Shown here piece by piece: positions 56,770 through 64,000 of a stretch of DNA of 64,000 nt (positions are counted from its first letter, which is position 1; every line of letters begins with the position of its first letter). A program made the position numbers and the translations under genes. Location of the stretch: sequence record MW883059. One strand, written 5' to 3'. Source of the stretch: Escherichia phage vB_EcoM_SYGD1. The notes below the pieces were generated by a model. That model did not search any database, was not told the origin of the DNA, and worked only from the letters and a program-made list of their open reading frames with translations.

Positions 56770-57779
56770 TGAAAACAGTAATGAAAAGCTATTTTGGTAG
56801 TCATCTTTATGGAACTTCTACCCCAGAATCTGATGTAGATTTTAAAGAAATTTTTGTTCCTCCTGCTCGTGATATTCTTATCGGAAACGTCAAAGAGCAC
56901 ATGAGTAAAAACACCAACAACACATCATCTAAAAACACTAAAGATGATATTGACCACGAATTGTATAGTCTTAAGTATTTCTTTAAATTAGCAGCAGATG
57001 GTGAAACCGTAGCATTGGATATGCTTCACACTCCACCTGAACTAGTGGTTAAATCTGATTTGCCTGATGTGTGGAAGTTTATTCAAGACAACCGTTCTCG
57101 TTTTTATACGACTAACATGAAATCCTATTTAGGATATGTCCGTAAGCAAGCTTCTAAATACGGTGTCAAGGGTTCTCGTTTGGCTGCATTACGTGATGTA
57201 TTGAAAGTAGTTAATCAAATCCCTGAGCAATGGGTTGATTACCAAGAAGACGGTTCCATTAAGCAGCGTCGTACTAAAGTTGAAGATATTAAGCATCGTC
57301 TTCCAAAAAACGAATTCTGTGAATGGGTGTTCCATGATCATGAGAAAACAGGCCCACAAACGTTCTATACTGTATTGGGTCGTAAATATCAGACAACGCT
57401 TTCTCTTATTGAGCTTAAGCAGTCACTGAACAAATTAAATGCTGAATATGGTGAACGCGCTCGTAAGGCCGAAGCCAATGAAGGCATCGACTGGAAAGCT
57501 CTGAGCCATGCTTGTCGTGGTGGACTTCAACTATTGGAAATTTACAAAACTGGTGACTTGGTTTATCCACTTCAAGACGCTCCATTTATTCTCGACGTGA
57601 AGTTGGGTAAACATCCATTTAAAACAGTTCAAGAGTTTTTGGAAGATGTGGTCGATCAAGTAGAAGCAGCATCTACTGAAGCTTCTAAGAACGGTATGCA
57701 GCAAAAAGTAGACATGAGTTTCTGGGATGACTTCCTTGAGAAGGTGTATCTCGAAAACCATCGAAGTTATTATAAATGA
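56766..57779 (+). CDS. protein with N-terminal Pol-beta-type nucleotidyltransferase motif
   Basis: ORF track 337 aa; FGSHLYGTSTPESDVDF fits the minimal NTase signature G[SG]x9-13 DxD close to the N-terminus; large helical C-terminal region. Confidence 0.55.
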   Translation: MMKTVMKSYFGSHLYGTSTPESDVDFKEIFVPPARDILIGNVKEHMSKNTNNTSSKNTKDDIDHELYSLKYFFKLAADGETVALDMLHTPPELVVKSDLPDVWKFIQDNRSRFYTTNMKSYLGYVRKQASKYGVKGSRLAALRDVLKVVNQIPEQWVDYQEDGSIKQRRTKVEDIKHRLPKNEFCEWVFHDHEKTGPQTFYTVLGRKYQTTLSLIELKQSLNKLNAEYGERARKAEANEGIDWKALSHACRGGLQLLEIYKTGDLVYPLQDAPFILDVKLGKHPFKTVQEFLEDVVDQVEAASTEASKNGMQQKVDMSFWDDFLEKVYLENHRSYYK

Positions 57780-57780
57780 T

Positions 57781-57808
57781 AGGGAGCCTTCGGGCTCCTT
57801 TTTTTTAT
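57781..57808 (+). terminator. Intrinsic terminator
   Basis: AGGGAGCC-TTCG-GGCTCCT followed by ttttttttattt. Confidence 0.7.
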
Positions 57809-57830
57809 TTCAAAAATTTTTCACAAAGTT

Positions 57831-57860
57831 GTTTACTTCTATCATAAAGCATATTATAAT
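57831..57860 (+). promoter_or_regulatory. T4-type early promoter cassette
   Basis: UP-like caaaaatttttcacaaagtt, GTTTAC at 57831, 18 bp spacer, TATAAT at 57855. Confidence 0.65.
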
Positions 57861-57892
57861 ATATTTGTAGTTAATTAATCGTTCTTTAAAAA

Positions 57893-58393
57893 ATGAAGAG
57901 AAACACAATGCATATTTTAATGAAATGCCTTGGCAACAAAATTAATGATTTTAATCATAAGCGTGTTAATGATTACATTAAAGACACACTTGAGATTAAA
58001 GACGTACTTTTTAGAGGACTTACAATAGAGGAAGTACTATCTCATAAGTTTGAAGTTAATAGGAGAATCAAATTTAAAAGAATAACTTCCTTTAGTAGTG
58101 AATCTCATATAGCTGAAACATTTGCAGCAGAACGCTATATGACTAATGTTTTAATAGTGTTAAAAAATGCAAACGTTTTTGACTATTCAACTGCTATGAT
58201 TGAAATTTTAGAAAATTTAATCGCAATTGAAGAATCTGGCCAGATTGATGATGATAAGCTTAATAAGCTTTATGATAATCTTTCTATGGTGGATTATGAA
58301 AGAGAGTTTTTATTGCCAATTAATTCGGAGTTAACAGTTAAAAACATATATTTTGATAGCAAAAAGAGCATGCATATAATAGAAATGGAATAA
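57893..58393 (+). CDS. hypothetical protein
   Basis: ORF track 166 aa; bracketed by promoter and terminator copies. Confidence 0.5.
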   Translation: MKRNTMHILMKCLGNKINDFNHKRVNDYIKDTLEIKDVLFRGLTIEEVLSHKFEVNRRIKFKRITSFSSESHIAETFAAERYMTNVLIVLKNANVFDYSTAMIEILENLIAIEESGQIDDDKLNKLYDNLSMVDYEREFLLPINSELTVKNIYFDSKKSMHIIEME

Positions 58394-58401
58394 AAGCATA
58401 A

Positions 58402-58428
58402 AGGGGCCCTAGAGGTCCCCTTTTTTAT
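58402..58428 (+). terminator. Intrinsic terminator
   Basis: GGGGCCC-TAGA-GGTCCCC (one mismatch) followed by ttttttattt. Confidence 0.65.
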
Positions 58429-58450
58429 TTCAAAAATTTTTCACAAAGTG

Positions 58451-58480
58451 GTTTACAAGCATAAAGCTTTATGGTACTAT
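58451..58480 (+). promoter_or_regulatory. T4-type early promoter cassette
   Basis: UP-like caaaaatttttcacaaagtg, GTTTAC at 58451, -10 tggtactat. Confidence 0.6.
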
Positions 58481-58516
58481 ACAACTATCAAAACAAACAC
58501 TTAAACGGAAAACAAA

Positions 58517-58666
58517 ATGAAAATTACACCAATTGAAGTAAAAAAGTTGATTGATACAGAAGAAATTTCAGAGTGTTTTGAAAGTTTCTTAGAAGACGCA
58601 ACTGAAGATAACGCGGTTTATCTCGCCCAGAAAATTATCGAAACTTATTTGGAGAAGAATCAATGA
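58517..58666 (+). CDS. small helical protein (49 aa), possible paralog family member
   Basis: not in ORF track; weak SD; ends ...IIETYLEKNQ; ATGA overlap with next gene. Confidence 0.3.
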   Translation: MKITPIEVKKLIDTEEISECFESFLEDATEDNAVYLAQKIIETYLEKNQ

Positions 58667-58926
58667 CAGTTTACGTAGATGTTTTAATGAATCATGGATG
58701 GAAACTTCGCGGTCATCCAACTAAAAATTGTCATATGTTCACTGATGGAGATATTGAAGAGCTTCATAAAATGGCAGAAGCAATAGGAATGAAACGTTCT
58801 TGGTTTCAAGATAAACGCATTAAACATTATGACTTACACGCGCGCCGCCGCCAAAAAGCTGTAGAACTTGGAGCTGTAGAAGTATCTCGTCGCGAAGCAG
58901 TAAAAATTTGGCAAACATTAAAATAA
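58663..58926 (+). CDS. small conserved protein, DUF4031-like
   Basis: ORF track 87 aa; pattern MTVYVD...RG....CHMF.D...ELH..A..IG..R.WFQ....HYDL resembles the DUF4031 family as I recall it. Confidence 0.45.
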   Translation: MTVYVDVLMNHGWKLRGHPTKNCHMFTDGDIEELHKMAEAIGMKRSWFQDKRIKHYDLHARRRQKAVELGAVEVSRREAVKIWQTLK

Positions 58927-58929
58927 ATT

Positions 58930-58959
58930 GTTTACAGTAGGGTAGTAGTGTGATACTAT
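58930..58959 (+). promoter_or_regulatory. T4-type early promoter cassette
   Basis: GTTTAC at 58930, -10 tgtgatactat inside stem GGGTA...TACCC; same cassette as at the internal-protein-like locus. Confidence 0.6.
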
Positions 58960-58995
58960 TACCCTATCAAAACAAATGTGAAATTGGAGAATAAA

Positions 58996-59964
58996 ATGAA
59001 AACTGTAACTATCAATAAGGGTATCTACTTCGGTAAAGAAATCTCTGGAACTTTTGAGCTCTTAGGCGAATGGTTCCCAGATAATGCTCCGGTAGATGCA
59101 CAAGGAGATGGTAAAGTTTTTGTTGAAATTGACGGTAAGCGTCGCGGTGTTTGGGTTTACAAATCAGACATTTCATATGATGGTGTAAAAGTTGAAGAAG
59201 TTAAAGAATCGTATGAAGATATGAAAACCCGCATTAATAAAAGATTTAATGTTATGGGAATGATGACGAATGGTATTATTAACGGAAATATTCGTTCATT
59301 GATTATCTCTGGCGCAGCAGGTATTGGTAAAACGTATTCTTTAGATAAAGCTTTAAATAAAGCAAATGATATTGGATACATTGAATATAAAAGCATTAAT
59401 GGTAAAATCTCTGGTATTGGTCTTTATGAACAGCTTTGGAATAATCGTGAAGAGAATTCTGTCCTTTTGATTGATGATGTGGATGTTTTCTCTGATATGG
59501 ACATTCTTAATCTTCTAAAAGCCGCTCTGGACACCGGAGAGACCCGTAAAGTCTGCTGGAGCACTGCATCTTCTTACTTAGAAGAAAAAGGCATTGAGCG
59601 TGAGTTTGAATTTAAAGGAACGATTGTTTTTATCACAAACGTTGACATTGACCGCGAATTAGACCGTGGTACTAAACTTGCTCCACATTTACAAGCATTA
59701 GTGTCCCGCTCAGTTTATTTGGATTTGGGTGTTCACACTAATGAAGAAATTATGGTCAGGGTTGAAGATGTTATTCTTTCAACCGACATGATGCAAAAGC
59801 GCGGTCTTTCTGATGAAGAAACTTATAAAGCATTATCATGGATGAAAGTCAATGTTAATCGTTTACGCAATGTTTCACTGCGTACTGCACTTTATCTTGC
59901 TGACTTTATTATGACCGACAAAAATCATTGGGAAGAAATTGCTGAAACGGTATTATTAAAATGA
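58996..59964 (+). CDS. P-loop ATPase (AAA-like)
   Basis: ORF track 58978; ATG at 58996 after SD ggag; Walker A GAAGIGKT, Walker B VLLIDDVD. Confidence 0.6.
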   Translation: MKTVTINKGIYFGKEISGTFELLGEWFPDNAPVDAQGDGKVFVEIDGKRRGVWVYKSDISYDGVKVEEVKESYEDMKTRINKRFNVMGMMTNGIINGNIRSLIISGAAGIGKTYSLDKALNKANDIGYIEYKSINGKISGIGLYEQLWNNREENSVLLIDDVDVFSDMDILNLLKAALDTGETRKVCWSTASSYLEEKGIEREFEFKGTIVFITNVDIDRELDRGTKLAPHLQALVSRSVYLDLGVHTNEEIMVRVEDVILSTDMMQKRGLSDEETYKALSWMKVNVNRLRNVSLRTALYLADFIMTDKNHWEEIAETVLLK

Positions 59965-60680
59965 AAAAATATTTTACTATCTATAAAACTGAAATATTAA
60001 ATTTAAAGACAGGTATTAAGAAATACTATTATGGTCGACATATAACTAATAACATCAATGATTCGTATGTTGGTAGTGGAAATTATATAGAACGTGTAAA
60101 AGTGTCAAATGACCACATATTATCAAAAACGGTTTTAGAAGTTTTTGATAATTATGATAAAATGGTACAAGCTGAAATATTATATATCATGGCAGGTAAA
60201 TTGAAATATGGAAAAAACTGTGTTAACCTGTCATACGGGGGTGAAGGAGGAAAGGTTGCAGATGAAACTAGGATAAAATGCAAAAAGCATTCTATAAATT
60301 TATGGAAAAATCCTAATCATATACAGCATATGAAGAAAAAGATGAAAGAGGTTACATCCACGCCGGAAGCTAAATTAAACACTTCAATAAAAACTTCGCA
60401 ACGATATAAGGACCCAGTTTTTGTTAGAAAAGTTAGTAATATTATTAAAAAGAAACTAAGCAATCCTGTAGTAAAAGAAAAGCATATTAATGGAATTAAA
60501 GCTGCAAAGCGTTCTCATTTAACTATATGGCAGTATGAAGATGAATTATTCGAGCTTTGGAAAGAAACTAAATATGGATGGAGAAAATTTACAAAGGAAG
60601 CTATAAAACACGGATATCCAAATGAACCGTATCGTAGTATGGTATCAACTTTTCAGAAAAGACATTTAGAAGAATCCTAA
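59961..60680 (+). CDS. GIY-YIG homing endonuclease (Seg-like)
   Basis: ORF track 239 aa; FTIYKTE ... KKYYYGRH GIY-YIG motifs; C-terminal repeated basic modules. Confidence 0.7.
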   Translation: MKKYFTIYKTEILNLKTGIKKYYYGRHITNNINDSYVGSGNYIERVKVSNDHILSKTVLEVFDNYDKMVQAEILYIMAGKLKYGKNCVNLSYGGEGGKVADETRIKCKKHSINLWKNPNHIQHMKKKMKEVTSTPEAKLNTSIKTSQRYKDPVFVRKVSNIIKKKLSNPVVKEKHINGIKAAKRSHLTIWQYEDELFELWKETKYGWRKFTKEAIKHGYPNEPYRSMVSTFQKRHLEES

Positions 60681-60763
60681 GACAAAAAAGGCAGTTCAGA
60701 AATAGATTATATGGACTGCCATTAAAAAGATGACTAGAATTAAACTTGTAAATGGAGGTAATG

Positions 60764-61066
60764 ATGTTATACTCAAAGGCTCGTGAAATTTACGAAACTA
60801 AAATTAAAGAAGCAGTACTTCAATTCGCAACAACGATGCGATGGACAAATGATTGGGAGTATTCAAAAAATCATAAGAAGCCCCTGGTGACAAGAAAGGC
60901 TCATATGTTAGTGTTAATAGACCGTGAGCAGATTAAAGCCCGAGAAGCCCTCCAGAATCATAAAAAGGCTGCCTTTGAATGGTTTATGGATAACACTGCT
61001 CCTGAGACTAAGAAAGCAGTGAGCGCTTGGTTCAGTGGAAAAAATTGTGAAAGAAGTTTCTTTTAG
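60764..61066 (+). CDS. hypothetical protein
   Basis: ORF track 60752; ATG at 60764 best placed relative to SD ggagg. Confidence 0.4.
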   Translation: MLYSKAREIYETKIKEAVLQFATTMRWTNDWEYSKNHKKPLVTRKAHMLVLIDREQIKAREALQNHKKAAFEWFMDNTAPETKKAVSAWFSGKNCERSFF

Positions 61067-61068
61067 TG

Positions 61069-61098
61069 GTTTACAAGACTGTTCCTCTGTGGTACTAT
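61069..61098 (+). promoter_or_regulatory. T4-type early promoter cassette
   Basis: GTTTAC at 61069, -10 tggtactatac. Confidence 0.6.
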
Positions 61099-61126
61099 AC
61101 AACTATCAACTACGGAGGAACAGAAA

Positions 61127-61654
61127 ATGAACGCTAAAGATATTTTCAACCTGGTAAATTACAATGATGGTAAATTTAAATCTGAAGCACAAAGCAAGTT
61201 CTTTAATGACATCTCAATCGGAGGTGAAATCACTGTTGATGGAGGACAAATTTACAAATCGCGTTGGAATTGGATCGTTATTATTGATGAGATCGGTATT
61301 GTAGAAATTTACAAGAATACGAATAAAAATCGTACATTACATTGGTCTCGTGATACTAACGAACAGTACAAAAAGGATAAAGCATCTAAATTATCTCGTG
61401 TAACTCAAGAAGATATTGAGTTCATCAAGAAAGATATTTTAATGTATGATAACTTAATTGCTGAAGAGCAAGCTGTTATTGATAAATTTGACGAGATTAA
61501 AGCTTCTCGTGAAATTCCTGATTTTATGAAAGAATCAGTAAATGAACGATACACTCTCATTTCAGAGCGTATTGAAACTTACAAAAAGCAAAGAGCTGAA
61601 CGCCAAAATACTCTTCGGAAGTTTGAAGAACGGTTAAAGACGGTACTCGCATAA
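61127..61654 (+). CDS. hypothetical protein
   Basis: ORF track 175 aa; SD ggagg. Confidence 0.5.
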   Translation: MNAKDIFNLVNYNDGKFKSEAQSKFFNDISIGGEITVDGGQIYKSRWNWIVIIDEIGIVEIYKNTNKNRTLHWSRDTNEQYKKDKASKLSRVTQEDIEFIKKDILMYDNLIAEEQAVIDKFDEIKASREIPDFMKESVNERYTLISERIETYKKQRAERQNTLRKFEERLKTVLA

Positions 61655-61709
61655 CTGCTTTATACCAAGGATGGTATAATGGTTCTAAGCCCTTTTAATT
61701 GAGATTATT

Positions 61710-62117
61710 ATGAAACAGTTGATAATTAAAAGATTGAATTTATTGATATGTTGTTTATGTATAGTAATTGCATATGGTTATTATGCTATTAATGATTATA
61801 TGCATTATAAAGATTATGATGTTACTGTAGTTAATACCCTTACAGGAACTCAAGGAAAGGGGTCTAGTTTATCGTTTATTGCTGTATATGAACTAAATGA
61901 CGGTTATAGATTTAGTGAATATATTTCCCCGGAGATGTATTCTTCAATAGAAAAAGGTGATAATATTACTGTAAGTTTACGTCCTTTCGACGTAAAACAG
62001 ACACTGTTTGATAATATTGTTTGGTTCTTTGGAATGGTATTAGTTCAATCTGTGTGTGGTGCTTATATAGTCTGTTCCATCTTATTCTGTATATTTAGTA
62101 AAATTGAAATTGAGTGA
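61710..62117 (+). CDS. membrane protein with N- and C-terminal hydrophobic helices
   Basis: ORF track 135 aa. Confidence 0.5.
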   Translation: MKQLIIKRLNLLICCLCIVIAYGYYAINDYMHYKDYDVTVVNTLTGTQGKGSSLSFIAVYELNDGYRFSEYISPEMYSSIEKGDNITVSLRPFDVKQTLFDNIVWFFGMVLVQSVCGAYIVCSILFCIFSKIEIE

Positions 62118-62124
62118 GGAAAAT

Positions 62125-63015
62125 ATGTCAGTAGTAATTAATAATGTCAATGCAGTAATTAAATCTTTAGTTAATAAAAAAATGATGAATGAATGGACTG
62201 TATTTCGTCGTGGAGAGCCAGATAAATTTTTTCATAGATTTAACCCAACTTTGGATTTGAATGTTATCGACAGAGATGTTCATGCTGAAATTTTAGATAA
62301 GTTTAAAGTTGATATTGGATTTGGATTAGAAAAACATTTGCAGCGAACAACCGGGTCTGGAATGAGTTTATCTAATCGCATTATGAAAGCCCTTAATAAA
62401 ATTGGAGCGTTGTCTCGTATTAATGCAAGTGAAATTCTTCGTAATTACAATAAAGGATATGACCTTTATGGTCGACTGATGCCAAAATTATCATTCGATC
62501 AAATGATTGCGGATTTGTGGGAAAATCAACGCCGATTATTAGCATTGGGCGCTCGATTAGCTAAAGGTCTAGATAAACAAATGATTTTTAAGACCAATAA
62601 TACAGAAGACCTTAAATGCTTTAAATTTAGTATTCGTGGAGATGATTATTACATCAGAGCTCACTCTACAGATTATGTTAATATGGGGCATCATCTCTGT
62701 TTAGCTTTTGAAGTTTTAAAAGAAGCTGGAACATTAGAATATACGTCTGGTGCTAAATGCCCGATTGGTTCAAATTGCATTTTGATTTATCGCCCGAATG
62801 AATCCAGTTCAACTACATTGCCTACAAAACCTGTACCAGTTCGTAGTAACGAAAAACATTCTGAACAAATTGATTATTTTAATAAGCAGATTGAAGAGCT
62901 GAATATTTCTATTCAACAGTATGATGATGAAATTTTCAGACTATCTGGATTGAGTAGTAAAGCTAAATCTGAGCGTGAAAAGTTAATTAAAATCGTTGAT
63001 TTACTTAAATCTTAA
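62125..63015 (+). CDS. hypothetical protein with C-terminal coiled coil
   Basis: ORF track 62104 (TTG); ATG at 62125 after SD gagg. Confidence 0.5.
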   Translation: MSVVINNVNAVIKSLVNKKMMNEWTVFRRGEPDKFFHRFNPTLDLNVIDRDVHAEILDKFKVDIGFGLEKHLQRTTGSGMSLSNRIMKALNKIGALSRINASEILRNYNKGYDLYGRLMPKLSFDQMIADLWENQRRLLALGARLAKGLDKQMIFKTNNTEDLKCFKFSIRGDDYYIRAHSTDYVNMGHHLCLAFEVLKEAGTLEYTSGAKCPIGSNCILIYRPNESSSTTLPTKPVPVRSNEKHSEQIDYFNKQIEELNISIQQYDDEIFRLSGLSSKAKSEREKLIKIVDLLKS

Positions 63016-63023
63016 GGAATACC

Positions 63024-63953
63024 ATGAAAACTCGTAAACAATATATTGATTATTTTGACAGTCTTATTACTAAACACCGTAATTATCAAATCGGGCACAG
63101 AGCAGTAATCAATAATATTCTTCGTGATTTCCTTCAATATGTTGGCCAGGAAAATCATATCTGTAAAGATACACAGAACGCTTATTCTCATTCGTTAGGC
63201 AATTTGCTTCAATGGTTTAAACGTTCTCGTCTGTTATCTTCTACTGTAGCTAGTGATAACATTAAAAACTTTATGAAGCCGAGCTTCATTAAATCTGCGA
63301 CATCTATAACCGATTTGGTTGAATTTACTATTGTTAACGATGTTAAAAAGACCCATTTGGCTGATTGGTTATCTACCATTCCTGAAACTAAATTTGCTGA
63401 TAAATTTGCTTATCAATTCAATGACCAAGTGAATATGCTTTTTAAGCATGCTCGTAAACTATTTACCGCGGGCGATGACCGTACAAATACAGTTCATGTT
63501 AAGGATTGGGTTATTGCTGATGAAGTAACACACAAGCCGGGTGGTTCATCAGTATTAATTAATATCCAGGTTCCTTATTACTACTCACGTAATCTCGGCA
63601 CCATGACAGCTAGAGAAATTAATAAGCATAACAAAACTATTCGTTCGTTGTCTTATAAACTCTGCACGATGGTGGAGATGATGGACGTAGTGGAAATGTA
63701 TGATGAAACCGAAGATAATAGTTCAATGTTATACAGTTCACGTATTCTAATTAAACTGAAGAACCCTAATACATATAAGCCAGCTGTAAAAGAACCTAAA
63801 GCAGAAAAGGTTGATAACCTGAACGAAGAACGTGAATATCTCAATGCTCGTTTGATTGAAGTTGAAGCCCAGATTGCCGAACACACCAAATTGTTAAAAG
63901 CTCTTAATGCAAAAGCAAATGGTTTACGTAATGCTATTGAGGTATTGAAATGA
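63024..63953 (+). CDS. hypothetical protein with C-terminal coiled coil
   Basis: ORF track 309 aa; SD aagga. Confidence 0.5.
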   Translation: MKTRKQYIDYFDSLITKHRNYQIGHRAVINNILRDFLQYVGQENHICKDTQNAYSHSLGNLLQWFKRSRLLSSTVASDNIKNFMKPSFIKSATSITDLVEFTIVNDVKKTHLADWLSTIPETKFADKFAYQFNDQVNMLFKHARKLFTAGDDRTNTVHVKDWVIADEVTHKPGGSSVLINIQVPYYYSRNLGTMTAREINKHNKTIRSLSYKLCTMVEMMDVVEMYDETEDNSSMLYSSRILIKLKNPNTYKPAVKEPKAEKVDNLNEEREYLNARLIEVEAQIAEHTKLLKALNAKANGLRNAIEVLK

Positions 63954-64000
63954 AAAAGCGTCTATTAGAAGATATTGCAGCTTCAAGTAATTCCAGTCTA
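63951..64000 (+). CDS. start of a further gene, truncated by the window edge
   Basis: ATG at 63951 overlapping previous stop (ATGA); reads MKKRLLEDIAASSNSSL to the edge. Confidence 0.3.

Overview
This 64-kb window is a contiguous segment of a T4-like (Tevenvirinae) myovirus genome, in the opposite orientation to the conventional T4 map. Identity calls rest on gene order, protein length, motifs visible in the translations and my recollection of T4 proteins; no database search was run. (i) 1-3.8 kb: the 5' fragment of uvsW (minus strand), then inh, hoc, two small ORFs and RNA ligase 2 (plus strand). (ii) 3.8-35.2 kb: an uninterrupted late structural block on the minus strand - head genes 24, 23, 22, 21, 68, 67, 20; tail tube 19 and sheath 18; terminase 17/16; neck 15, 14, 13; fibritin; baseplate 12 to 6; 5.4, 5 and 53. 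It carries two free-standing homing endonuclease genes (HNH between 18 and 19, GIY-YIG after gene 5) and T4-type late promoters (TATAAATA) and hairpin terminators. (iii) 35.3-64 kb: a plus-strand region with genes 4, 2, 3, 1, 57A, 57B (Acb1), an internal-protein-like locus, eight tRNA genes with an embedded segB-like GIY-YIG gene, a structured non-coding stretch, nudE, lysozyme e, denV, regB, tk, rI and about fifty small ORFs of unknown function. Many of these sit behind repeated T4-type early promoter cassettes (GTTTAC ... TACTAT) and UUCG/GAAA hairpin terminators. No rRNA, CRISPR array, integrase or transposon was seen. The most interesting signals are: three genes whose products start with a capsid-targeting-like peptide (candidate injected effectors), two of them sharing an identical promoter-SD-first-11-codons module; a GrcA-like glycyl-radical gene whose 3' half has host-like codon usage; a macro-like domain protein; an N-terminal nucleotidyltransferase-fold protein; a family of six or seven small paralogous proteins; and repeated regulatory cassettes bracketing novel ORFs. 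ORF-track starts were trimmed where the first codon is TTG/GTG and a nearby ATG with a Shine-Dalgarno exists.
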